From: Burkholderiaceae bacterium
GTDB taxonomy: Bacteria; Patescibacteriota; Saccharimonadia; Saccharimonadales; AQU-01
DNA: 64,000 nt
Assembly (NCBI GenBank): GCA_043788365.1
Contig: JAYVTZ010000005.1
Location: 13,249-77,248 of the forward strand
Direction: 5' to 3'
Shown: one piece after another, positions 32,488 to 42,579 of the stretch
Numbering within the stretch: the stretch's first letter is position 1
Layout of the letters: each line of letters opens with the position of its first letter
Notes under the pieces: generated by a model
Told to the model about the DNA's origin: nothing
The model's database searches: none
Seen by the model: the letters and a program-made list of their open reading frames with translations, nothing else
Made by a program: the position numbers and the translations under genes

Positions 32488-34075
32488 AATAAACAAAAAA
32501 TGCATAGTATTGGCTCGTGTGTCGAGCAAAGCCCAAGAAGAAGAGGGCTACTCATTAGACGCTCAGGAAAAGTTTTTGAAAGACTATGCAAAGAAAAAGC
32601 ACTTTGATGTAGTGCGAGTATTCAGCTTTGCCGAAACCGCATCTAAAGACAAACGGCGTAAAATGTTTGCTGAAATGATGAAGTATCTAACCCAAAGAGA
32701 GCCTATTCACCTTATAGTTGAGAAAGTTGACAGGTTAACTCGCAACTCACGGGATGCCCTAGATGTTGATGAATGGTTAGCGGCAAATGGTGACCGTCAA
32801 CTGCACCTTGTGAAAAATGGCTTAGTGCTGCACAAACACTCCTCATCGCAGGACAGGTTTGTCTGGGATATTTATGTGGCCTTATCAAAGCAATACGTTA
32901 ATAACCTACGCGAGGAAGTATATAAGGGACGCATGGAAAAGCTGGCGCAAGGTTGGCTACCAGGTAGTCCGCCTTATGGCTGGATAACGGTTGGCGACAA
33001 AGGCAAAAAGATTCATGCACCTGTACCCGAAAAGATACGACTAGTTAAAAAACTGATGGAAAAATATCTAGAGCCAGGCCAATCACTGACATCTATGACA
33101 GCGGAAGCCAAGAGAATTGGTATGCGCAATGATAAAGGTAACCCGTATGGTCGTTCTGCCATAACCGATAATATCCTCAAGAATCCCTTCTACATTGGCA
33201 TCAATCACTGGGATGGCATTGACTACCCTGGCAAACAGGATAAGGTTATTAGTATAGAATTGTTTAATAAGGTTCAAGCTAAAATGCACCGTAAGTCACC
33301 ACCCAAATACCAGAAACATGATCCTGACTTCAAGGGTGTTATGCTCTGTCCCGACTGCAACGGTGTAATTACATGGGAACCCCAGAAAGGTGACTGGTAC
33401 GGCCATTGCGTTAAGTCTCGTGGCTGTCCAAAGAAGGTATGGGCAAGACAGGACAGAGTTGAGGAACAGTTATTCAAGCACTTCGAGAAGTTATTATGCC
33501 CAAGCCAGGAAATAGCTGAATGGATAATAGAATCACTGAAAGCCAAGCACCAGGACAATATGTACGACTACTCAACGTCTGTTGACCTACTCCGTGATGA
33601 TCATGACCGCAAGAAACGCCAGCTTGACCTCTTATACGAGGATAGGCTTAGTGAGCGTATTACTCCTGAGCGCTATGATGAACTGTATAAAAAAGTTGAG
33701 CAGGAGCAAAAAGATATAGAGGGTAACATCAATAGCCTTGCCGATACTGGCCGCAACCAGCTTAAAACAGGTATAGACGTTCTGGAGAAGTCTCAGCAAG
33801 CTGCTAAGGTATATGCCACTAAGTCACCAGAGGCTAAGCGGAAGCTACTCAGTGAGCTGTTTGATGTACTTTATCTTGATGGTCCTACCCTAAACGTTAC
33901 CTATAACCGCTATACAGAGGCGATTTCGGAAAGGGTCAAAAAGCACAACATGGTCGAACGTCAATTCCGAACCCACAAAAAAGCCCCCAGTAACGGGGGT
34001 AATTCGGAGCTTACTGAAGCTCTACGTACGGTTTGGCGGGCTCGACCGGATTTGAACCGGCGATCTCCTCCGTGA
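32477..34075 (+). CDS. Large serine recombinase (integrase)
   Basis: VLARVSSKAQEEEGYSLDAQ catalytic motif, VDRLTRN, recombinase domain (PPYGW), zinc ribbon CPDCNG...HC...C, and coiled-coil tail. The start is taken at MNPEINKK (the ORF track lists 32441). The last 42 nt are antisense to tRNA-Asp. Confidence 0.9.
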   Translation: MNPEINKKCIVLARVSSKAQEEEGYSLDAQEKFLKDYAKKKHFDVVRVFSFAETASKDKRRKMFAEMMKYLTQREPIHLIVEKVDRLTRNSRDALDVDEWLAANGDRQLHLVKNGLVLHKHSSSQDRFVWDIYVALSKQYVNNLREEVYKGRMEKLAQGWLPGSPPYGWITVGDKGKKIHAPVPEKIRLVKKLMEKYLEPGQSLTSMTAEAKRIGMRNDKGNPYGRSAITDNILKNPFYIGINHWDGIDYPGKQDKVISIELFNKVQAKMHRKSPPKYQKHDPDFKGVMLCPDCNGVITWEPQKGDWYGHCVKSRGCPKKVWARQDRVEEQLFKHFEKLLCPSQEIAEWIIESLKAKHQDNMYDYSTSVDLLRDDHDRKKRQLDLLYEDRLSERITPERYDELYKKVEQEQKDIEGNINSLADTGRNQLKTGIDVLEKSQQAAKVYATKSPEAKRKLLSELFDVLYLDGPTLNVTYNRYTEAISERVKKHNMVERQFRTHKKAPSNGGNSELTEALRTVWRARPDLNRRSPP

Positions 34076-34109
34076 CAGGGAGGCATGTTAACCACTACAC
34101 CACGAGCCC
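34034..34109 (-). tRNA. tRNA-Asp (anticodon GTC), CCA encoded
   Basis: Reverse complement folds as GGGCTCG/CGAGCCC acceptor, CCTCC-CTGTCAC-GGAGG anticodon arm, GCCGG-TTCAAAT-CCGGT T-arm, G73, CCA. Confidence 0.9.
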
Positions 34110-34329
34110 TCGTCGATGTGTAACGGTGGGGTAACTGAACCGCCGGCAAAACAAGTTTGACCGTCAGTTCTAGTTACCCCACCAAGCCATCTCCTCCCGA
34201 TTTCGAGAATCCTCTCTCGAAATCGATGAAGACAAGCCAAAGCTCGACCAGAGTATACTAGCAAATTACACCTGTTTATGCAACGCTTGTTATCTGTTAG
34301 AATAATCAAGTCGCCAATGTTTTAGACTA

Positions 34330-34404
34330 GCCGAAGTAGCTCAGTGGTAGAGCAGTACTTTCGTAAAGTAAAGGTCGCGGGTCCAACTCCCGCCTTCGGC
34401 TCCA
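34330..34404 (+). tRNA. tRNA-Thr (anticodon CGT), CCA encoded; unusual T-loop TCCAACT
   Basis: GCCGAAG/CTTCGGC acceptor, GCTC/GAGC D-stem, anticodon loop TTCGTAA, T-arm GCGGG-TCCAACT-CCCGC (C at position 55), U73. Confidence 0.85.
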
Positions 34405-34407
34405 GAA

Positions 34408-34481
34408 GCGGGTATAGTTTAGTGGTAAAACGTATCCTTCCCAAGGATGAGTCGAGAGTTCGATTCCCTCTACCCGCACCA
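34408..34481 (+). tRNA. tRNA-Gly (anticodon CCC), CCA encoded
   Basis: GCGGGTA/TACCCGC acceptor, anticodon loop TTCCCAA, T-arm GAGAG-TTCGATT-CCCTC (one A:C mismatch). Confidence 0.85.
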
Positions 34482-34482
34482 A

Positions 34483-35145
34483 CTAAACAACTTGAATTCG
34501 AGACAAATCAATCGTCGCTGGGCTCACTGCCTCCAGTTGCCTAACTAGAGCACTAGCGGCTCGATGAGGCATATTAGTAAACTTAGCTAAAACCAGCTCG
34601 GCCTCTGGTGTTGCCTTAGGAGTGTTGACCCTAGTGTCATTAAATTCATTGCTAACTGCCTGCCTCTCGCCTCTTATAACTAGTCCTTCAGGGTAAGCGT
34701 CAGTCGGTACATCTTCGATTACAGCGACTGCCCTAAGTAGACCGCTCTGGCCTTTCCTGAGCGTAAATCTATTTATAGCCAGCCCATCTAGTCCGTGAGT
34801 AGCTAACATGCCATCGGTATGCCGTGAAGCGACTACATCCTCAACCACTCTTTCTTCTTGTCGGCGATATAGTGGGTAGCGAGTTAAGACACCCGACAAA
34901 AAATCGGCTTGCATATAGCTGATAGAGGTATCACGAGTTATGAGCTGCCATGGCTTAGTGCTTTCGTCTATTGTTGACTTGATTACATCGGCGGTTGGAC
35001 CCTGAGCGACCCTCCCAATATGGTGGGTTGTGCTGAATCCTGGACGGCGACCAGATCGAAATTCTTGCCTTCTAAGATACCTTTCATGCATGGCTTGACC
35101 ACGCTGTACTTGATTTGCCTTGTGGGGGTTGTGTGAATGATTCAT
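34483..35145 (-). CDS. Hypothetical protein
   Basis: 220-aa ORF, basic His-rich N-terminus, no recognisable motif. Confidence 0.55.
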   Translation of the reverse strand: MNHSHNPHKANQVQRGQAMHERYLRRQEFRSGRRPGFSTTHHIGRVAQGPTADVIKSTIDESTKPWQLITRDTSISYMQADFLSGVLTRYPLYRRQEERVVEDVVASRHTDGMLATHGLDGLAINRFTLRKGQSGLLRAVAVIEDVPTDAYPEGLVIRGERQAVSNEFNDTRVNTPKATPEAELVLAKFTNMPHRAASALVRQLEAVSPATIDLSRIQVV

Positions 35146-35182
35146 CCAAAGAATTTTAATCTAGATTTGTAATTTTGCAAGC

Positions 35183-35650
35183 ATGAGCATAATGCCGCCT
35201 TACATCTTGAAGTTTGCTATAATTACGCACATGGCAGTTTCTAATAGTAAAAAAATTAAGGCAGTGGTTTTTGATTACGGTGGTGTCATATTCAAAAATC
35301 TTTATTGGCATAATGACATGTTTCATTTGGCTCGTGATCTACGCGCCAAGGGCTATAAAACGGCAATCTTATCAAATATGCTAAGGCCGATTGCTTTGGT
35401 GGCAAAAGCACTACCCACAACCAAGGAATTCTCACCAATCGTGATATCAGCGGACGTTGGTACGTCTAAACCGCGACCGGAAATTTATAAGATACTGCTG
35501 GATAGAATTAAACTAAACCCCGAAGAATGTCTATTTATTGATGATCGACCAGAAAATTTGAAGACAGCTGATTCACTCGGCATTCAAACTCTGCGTGTTA
35601 GGCGACCAAAGACGGCCGTGCTAGAAATAAGAGAATTACTAGGAGTGTAA
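35183..35650 (+). CDS. HAD-superfamily hydrolase (subfamily IA-like)
   Basis: VVFDYGGVIF (motif I), ILSN (motif II), SADVGTSKP, and FIDDRPENL (motif IV). The start is more likely the Met at 35231. Confidence 0.8.
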   Translation: MSIMPPYILKFAIITHMAVSNSKKIKAVVFDYGGVIFKNLYWHNDMFHLARDLRAKGYKTAILSNMLRPIALVAKALPTTKEFSPIVISADVGTSKPRPEIYKILLDRIKLNPEECLFIDDRPENLKTADSLGIQTLRVRRPKTAVLEIRELLGV

Positions 35651-35658
35651 GGCTTGTT

Positions 35659-35874
35659 ATGGCTAGTTCAAACGAGACAGGTAAAGCTAGTTTAGCCGAA
35701 CGAGCGGCTCGTTTAGCCCGTAATGTAAATATTGTTGGGGGGATTGCCCTACTTGGACTTTCAATTATTGCGCCAGCTGCGGCGGCAGCCAATTATATTA
35801 CAGGTGCAAAATTCGCGACTCTAGGTGCTGGCGCAAGTGAGGGCGCCCGGCGTGTAGCTAAAAAATCAAAGTAG
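35659..35874 (+). CDS. Hypothetical small Ala/Gly-rich membrane protein
   Basis: 71-aa ORF with one hydrophobic segment. Confidence 0.4.
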   Translation: MASSNETGKASLAERAARLARNVNIVGGIALLGLSIIAPAAAAANYITGAKFATLGAGASEGARRVAKKSK

Positions 35875-35887
35875 ACGAGACAAGTTA

Positions 35888-36259
35888 TTATAAATTGCCT
35901 TGGTTGCCGCGCTGCGAGTCTTCTTCGGCTATAGCCACACTAATTTCTGCATAATCGCCTAATAGGCGATTGGCTACGGCTAAGAAATTACCAGTGTGAG
36001 GAGGTTCCGCTTCAACTGCGCTAGTTGCATTTCTAAAAAACCGAGTTAGAGGGTCACCACCGTTTTCTTGAGATGGAATCATCGCAGAAAAGATAGCGCC
36101 TCCTACTCTGATAACACGATCAAACTTCTCTCGATCAGACGGCACTACTGTATTTGGGATGCCGTCTACAGGCTGCAGGTCTTTAACGGCCTTTTCGAGC
36201 CTTAAAAGCTCGATTACATAATCTGGCGCTGGCGTGTGTTTACTTTTATCTGAACTCAT
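35888..36259 (-). CDS. Hypothetical protein
   Basis: 123-aa ORF, no motif recognised. Confidence 0.5.
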   Translation of the reverse strand: MSSDKSKHTPAPDYVIELLRLEKAVKDLQPVDGIPNTVVPSDREKFDRVIRVGGAIFSAMIPSQENGGDPLTRFFRNATSAVEAEPPHTGNFLAVANRLLGDYAEISVAIAEEDSQRGNQGNL

Positions 36260-36338
36260 AACTATCTATTCTAACATATTATATATTTTTTAGCAATACT
36301 AATATTCATACGTTTATATCTGTTACAATAAGATGTAA

Positions 36339-37636
<1,298 letters not shown>

Positions 37637-37637
<1 letters not shown>

Positions 37638-38260
37638 TGGCCTTTTTAGTACTGGTTAGGCATGGTCAATCAGAATGGAATGCTCTAGGTCTATGGACCG
37701 GCTGGCAAGATATTGAACTAACTGAAGCTGGACGAAAAGAGGCCCGATTGGCGGCTGAACACCTACGTGATATCGAACTTCATAAAGCCCATACATCGGA
37801 ACTAAAAAGAGCTCAACAAACGCTTGAAGAAATAAAAGAAGCACTTGGGCATGCAAAGCTTGAAACTGTCGCCCATGCGGCCATGAATGAGCGACATTAT
37901 GGCGACTATACAGCTAAAAATAAGTGGGATATCCAAAAAGAAATTGGTGATGAGGAGTTTCAGAAGCTGCGCCGTAACTGGGACCATCCGATTCCCAACG
38001 GTGAGACACTAAAGGACGTACACGCCCGGGCCATTCCCTATTACCAAGAACATATCGAAACTGATCTTAAGGCCGGCAAAAATATTATCATTTCTGGACA
38101 CGGCAACACGCTTCGGGCGCTGATGAAGCACTTAGAAGAAGTAGCCGACGACAAGGTCCACGAGCTCGAGATTGGGACAGGCCAAGTGCTAGTCTATGAA
38201 ATTAACGAGGATGGCAAGGTTATTAGTAAACAAATTCGCTCAGGCGGTGGTAAAGCCTAG
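37637..38260 (+). CDS. gpmA: 2,3-bisphosphoglycerate-dependent phosphoglycerate mutase (histidine phosphatase family)
   Basis: LVRHGQSEWN catalytic motif and SGHGNTLRAL. The start overlaps the eno stop. Confidence 0.9.
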
Positions 38261-39330
38261 ACTTTTATATAAGTCGAAGAGTGTTGCTTGGACTTTAATT
38301 CGTTTAGAAATGTGTTTATGTCTTTTAATTTGATAACAATGTGGGCGGCGTGAATTTTGTCGCCTTGATTTTCAATATTTTTAACTATCTCTAGAGTAAA
38401 ACCAGTATTTATAATATCGGATGTCTGACCTGGTGATAATTTGAAGAGTTCGTTCGTGACCTGCGGGGGAATGTCACGATTAGATTTATCGACCAACTGT
38501 CCATAATCGCCACCACTGCCCTTTGTTGCTTGGTCATCACTATATTTCAAAACTATCGCAACAAAATCTGCGCCGCTTTTTAGGTCTCCCAGCGCCAGTT
38601 TAGCTCGGTCGTTAGCTGCCACATCAAGAGCGGCAACAACTTTTTGAACGAGTAGTTGTTGCTTTAACTCACGCTTAAAATCACCAACCGACCAACCAAA
38701 GTTATCACGAATGACGTCTTCAAAGCCTTTTTCGTTAGCTCCCAACCGATTTTGATTACGTACCAATATATACAAATCATCAAGTTCTCGGTCGCTGACT
38801 GATATCTTATTTTTGGCCGCCAACTGCTTGACCAGGGCATCATTTATCACCTTATCGAGTGCGCGCTTTTTATAGTCTTCTAGCTGTCTCTTATCATCAC
38901 CAGAGTTTAAGTCCTTTTTTTGTTGCGTCTGATAATAATGAATGTAGTGTCTAAGCTCAAAAAGATAGTTCTCATAAGCTACGAACCTTGAGCCTGTCCT
39001 AGCTACTGGATATGGAATAACCTTAGTAACACCGTACATAAAGTCACTGTTCGACTTGTAATAATAGAGCTCGGCCGTGATTATGCTAAAAAATATAACC
39101 ACTGCAGCTACGAACAAACCGCTAGATATGAGCACGATTCTGTGTTTAGAGTGTTGAAGTGGATAGATATACTTACGAGCCCGCGACAAAACCTTTTCAC
39201 GGTGCTCAGCTACGGTCTCATTAGTAATTCTAAGGACGTCGTTGACTTCTGCCTGTATCTTGTCTTGTCGTGACAATCGTTTACGAAGCTTGGGTGCGAA
39301 TGATTTAATCTTGGTCAGTTTCTGCTTCAT
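38257..39330 (-). CDS. Membrane-anchored parvulin-type peptidyl-prolyl isomerase (PrsA/SurA-like)
   Basis: N-terminal transmembrane helix. C-terminal PPIC-like region DFVAIVLKYSDDQATKGSGGDYGQL...GFTLEIVK. Confidence 0.7.
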   Translation of the reverse strand: MKQKLTKIKSFAPKLRKRLSRQDKIQAEVNDVLRITNETVAEHREKVLSRARKYIYPLQHSKHRIVLISSGLFVAAVVIFFSIITAELYYYKSNSDFMYGVTKVIPYPVARTGSRFVAYENYLFELRHYIHYYQTQQKKDLNSGDDKRQLEDYKKRALDKVINDALVKQLAAKNKISVSDRELDDLYILVRNQNRLGANEKGFEDVIRDNFGWSVGDFKRELKQQLLVQKVVAALDVAANDRAKLALGDLKSGADFVAIVLKYSDDQATKGSGGDYGQLVDKSNRDIPPQVTNELFKLSPGQTSDIINTGFTLEIVKNIENQGDKIHAAHIVIKLKDINTFLNELKSKQHSSTYIKV

Positions 39331-39874
39331 CTAGGGTCTCGTTGCTCACTATTGGGAACGGCTTGGTCGTTATTCCCTTGTCTCTTAATATCTTTAAAAT
39401 CTTTTTTGAAATCTCGGCCGGATGATGAATATCGTGTATGACTAGGTCGCCGACGTAAGTCTGCATCATTATTGTACCAAATCCCAGCAGTGTTTCCTGA
39501 AATCCAGCTATCTGATAGTTAACCATCTGAATCTGAGGCAATGTCAGGTCGACTACTGTTCGGTGAAACAGACCTTTTTGGGTAATTTGAATCAAGCGCT
39601 GGTCGGTAACGATGAATACACTATAGTGCCAAGCCACCCAATGAGGAAAGAAAATTAAGATACTGAGGATTACACCACCAGCCAGTCCACCAAAAAAGTA
39701 CGAGAATTCTGGCTTGATAAGTGATGGTATCGTACCTAACAGTAGCGCTAGCATGCCGTAGACCAAACCTTTGCGCATGACTACAGGGTGTTTGCGAAAC
39801 AGGAATAAGACTTCTTCGTCGTCAAACTGGTCTTCGAAGTGCTTATACTTGCCGTCTTTAGTTTTTTTTGCCAT
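39305..39874 (-). CDS. Membrane protein with bacterial PH (YdbS/YdbT-like) domain
   Basis: Two transmembrane helices followed by VFIVTDQRLIQITQKGLFHRTVVDLTL, typical of bPH_2. Confidence 0.6.
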   Translation of the reverse strand: MAKKTKDGKYKHFEDQFDDEEVLFLFRKHPVVMRKGLVYGMLALLLGTIPSLIKPEFSYFFGGLAGGVILSILIFFPHWVAWHYSVFIVTDQRLIQITQKGLFHRTVVDLTLPQIQMVNYQIAGFQETLLGFGTIMMQTYVGDLVIHDIHHPAEISKKILKILRDKGITTKPFPIVSNETLDEAETDQD

Positions 39875-40297
39875 AACTACTGTCTATTTTAACACTTATA
39901 AGCTGGGTTTATGCGTAGCGGGTTACTTTTTGTGTTTTCTAGCTTTAATAACTATTATAATGACTAACCATAACCTTAGAAAAAAGCCGAAAAGTAACAT
40001 AATTGTTAGGTCGGGTCTTATTCTACTCCAATAGTCACATGGACCAACATCAGGGTTTAATCGACATTCTAAATGCGGCCCCTTAACTAACTCAAAAACC
40101 GTTACTAGTCCAATACTTATAAAAAGTACTATTGGAACTGCTCTAATTGAGAATCTTTAAACTTCTTTAAATTTAAAATCCAACCAGATAGCGAAAACTA
40201 TGAAAACCAATTCAATCATAATTATTAAAAGTCTGCCGAGACTCAGGGTGAAAATTGTAAACTTTATCAAATATCTGTTTACGCGTATAGTTAGGGA

Positions 40298-41590
40298 ATG
40301 GATGAAATTTCTAGTCCTGAGCCTGAACAAAAACCTGATGTACAAGAGCCAGACTCAACCTTACCAAATATAAATATAACTCCATCTCAGCGCGTAAAAA
40401 AACGCAAATTTCTAATAATTGGCATCATCATACTTTTGATAATTTGCATAGTGGCTCTAGGATACTTGCTAATGAACAAATCGAAACCTGCAGTCAAGAA
40501 TCCTATTATATTACAAGCCTCACAAGCTGTTACCAAAGAAGAAACACTGCCGACAGGACCTCAGAATATAGTCTATTCTTTTTCCGAGGGAGCAGACAAA
40601 CCGACTTCCATTTATTGGTATCCGGTCGGAGGTGGTGAGCGCACCGAAAGCAAGAAATTTTCTATACCGAACCATACATTCCCGTCTGCAGTGAGCGGCC
40701 AACAGATTGCCTTTGAAGTTGATGCCCAAGACGGTAGTAAAGATCCCTTAGCAATTTGGTACAGCTCAGATAACGGCAAAACTTTCAAACAAATATTTAC
40801 TGGTACAGATTCTGATCCATATTTTAAGGGCGGACAAATCACCAGTTTAATTTTCTCTGGTGATGGTAAGGCCCTCGCCTTTGGTTACCTTGTTGCAAAT
40901 AAAAACACTGTAAAGTCCATCGATCTAGCAACAAATAATATAATTGATCTTTATACCGGCAAATATCGTGGTGTCTTTTTGGCGGCTTATGACCGCGCCA
41001 GCAAACAATTAATTTATTCTGAAGGCTGTTACAACTGTGACGGCGGTAATAATTTCACCTACTATATAAATAACCTGACTAACGCTAAAGTGACAACCTT
41101 ACTTACCACGACATCGGGCTCATTTCAAATTGCCGTCAGACCGGATTTTAAAGAAATGACGGTAATTCATGGCTCAGACGATAAATTTTTAGACAATGGA
41201 ATTCCCTCAAATTTCACCTCTCCATATGACATCAGCCTATACTCTCTTCCAGATGGGAAAGAAACAAAGATCACGTCTGTAGGTGAAAAACCGAAATCAA
41301 TCGCCGAAGCTTACCCATACGTAACAGTGGGATATAGTACTGACCGCACTACGCCGTTCTACGCAATTGACAAAAAACTGTACCAAATCAAATCCGGCAA
41401 ACCGAACTTAACTTTAGAGGTCAATAACCCATTTATCGGTATCTACTACATATCTGATACTAGTATTATTTTCAGTAGTGGTACCTATGTGAGTAATAGT
41501 GTCGTTAGCTATAATCCAACAGATAAGACTAATAAAACTCTACTCAAGGCAGACCTAAACGAGACAATCATCGGAGTCACCACAAGATAA
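40298..41590 (+). CDS. Hypothetical membrane-anchored protein with beta-rich ectodomain
   Basis: 430-aa ORF with one N-terminal transmembrane helix. No motif recognised. Confidence 0.55.
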   Translation: MDEISSPEPEQKPDVQEPDSTLPNINITPSQRVKKRKFLIIGIIILLIICIVALGYLLMNKSKPAVKNPIILQASQAVTKEETLPTGPQNIVYSFSEGADKPTSIYWYPVGGGERTESKKFSIPNHTFPSAVSGQQIAFEVDAQDGSKDPLAIWYSSDNGKTFKQIFTGTDSDPYFKGGQITSLIFSGDGKALAFGYLVANKNTVKSIDLATNNIIDLYTGKYRGVFLAAYDRASKQLIYSEGCYNCDGGNNFTYYINNLTNAKVTTLLTTTSGSFQIAVRPDFKEMTVIHGSDDKFLDNGIPSNFTSPYDISLYSLPDGKETKITSVGEKPKSIAEAYPYVTVGYSTDRTTPFYAIDKKLYQIKSGKPNLTLEVNNPFIGIYYISDTSIIFSSGTYVSNSVVSYNPTDKTNKTLLKADLNETIIGVTTR

Positions 41591-41674
41591 TTCACTACGA
41601 TTATGTGTATTAACAAGAAAGAACCTTTCGGTCAACGATCAGGTTCGAAAGTTGAGCGAACATAGCGAACTTAA

Positions 41675-41693
41675 TGGTGCCCCCGAGAGGAAT
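41675..41693 (-). pseudogene. Orphan copy of the 3'-terminal 19 nt of tRNA-Arg
   Basis: TGGTGCCCCCGAGAGGAAT is identical to 41853-41871, 178 bp away in direct orientation. Confidence 0.8.
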
Positions 41694-41820
41694 ATTACCT
41701 CAGGCCAAGATGCGAGATGCATCATGGCTTCAGTATATAATTTTCAAAAAGAAAGTTACTTTTCATGAAAATTATCGAACCTTTTACGGTTCGAGACTCG
41801 CTATGCGAGCCCACCAAGTA

Positions 41821-41850
41821 AATGACCCGCTCTAAAGAGCGGGTCATTTA
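41821..41850 (-). terminator. Hairpin immediately downstream of tRNA-Arg
   Basis: AAATGACCCGCTC-TAAA-GAGCGGGTCATTT perfect 13-bp stem. Confidence 0.6.
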
Positions 41851-41852
41851 CT

Positions 41853-41927
41853 TGGTGCCCCCGAGAGGAATCGAACCTCTAGCTTCTCCTTAGGACGGAA
41901 TTATTTTATCCATTGAACTACGGGGGC
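41853..41927 (-). tRNA. tRNA-Arg (anticodon CCT), CCA encoded; weak D-stem
   Basis: Reverse complement folds as GCCCCCG/CGGGGGC acceptor, T-arm AGAGG-TTCGATT-CCTCT, anticodon loop GTCCTAA. D-stem pairing is poor. Confidence 0.75.
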
Positions 41928-41959
41928 GTGCCCATATTTTAACACTACAAGATGAATAA

Positions 41960-42472
41960 TTACTTTTTGGTAGATTTTGTCTGAGTGTAGACCTCATGAA
42001 CGGTCTCGTAATCAAATAACTCTGCCTCACTAAACCAGTGTTTAATTTCTTGTGCGGCTTCTTTTTCGTCACCAGAAGCATGAATTAAATTCGGAATGCC
42101 GATACCCTCTTTGTCGGCGTGGCCGTAGCTCATATGAGCATAGTCACCTCTTATGGTACCTGGTAGTGAAGATTTTGGCTCGGTCGTACCAACCATTTTT
42201 CTAACCAAAGTTACGGCTTCAACCCCTTCAAGAACCATGGTAATAACCGGGCTCTCTTGCATCATGCCCATAGTGACGTCAAAAACTTTTTGCCCACGTC
42301 GCGTCACTAGGCCACTAATGCCTTCGTAGTGGTGGTGAAAGTGAGCCTCGTCTGGTTTTACCATCTTAGCGGCCACTATTTTGAGTCCAACTTTTTCAAA
42401 GCGCGCCAAAATCTCACCAACAATACCTCGTTTAATTGCATCTGGTTTGAATATAATTAGTGTTCGTTCCAT
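41960..42472 (-). CDS. ndk: Nucleoside diphosphate kinase
   Basis: ERTLIIFKPDAIKRGIVGEI..., GTIRGDYA, NLIHASG (active-site His). Confidence 0.9.
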   Translation of the reverse strand: MERTLIIFKPDAIKRGIVGEILARFEKVGLKIVAAKMVKPDEAHFHHHYEGISGLVTRRGQKVFDVTMGMMQESPVITMVLEGVEAVTLVRKMVGTTEPKSSLPGTIRGDYAHMSYGHADKEGIGIPNLIHASGDEKEAAQEIKHWFSEAELFDYETVHEVYTQTKSTKK

Positions 42473-42579
42473 ATAATCCTTGTTTACTTGCCTAGTTACA
42501 ATTTTAACAGATGTGGTGGCAAAGCTCTAACCTTTTCAAGGCCTTTCCATGTAACAGGTTTAAAGCACCGGTTCGCTAC

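Larger units (their letters stand above)
22578..34075. mobile_element. Putative integrative element next to tRNA-Asp (serine-recombinase type); left boundary tentative
   Basis: Large serine recombinase at the right end overlapping the tRNA-Asp 3' end. 9-bp TTTGGCGGG at both 22569-22577 and 34032-40, with degenerate tRNA-like similarity inward. The interior is mostly uncharacterised or accessory genes. Confidence 0.45.

Noticed and set aside
33961-34544. ORFs at 33961-34149, 34088-34309, and 34344-34544
   Set aside because: They overlap tRNA-Asp, tRNA-Thr, tRNA-Gly, or the hairpin-rich spacer, so they are not coding.
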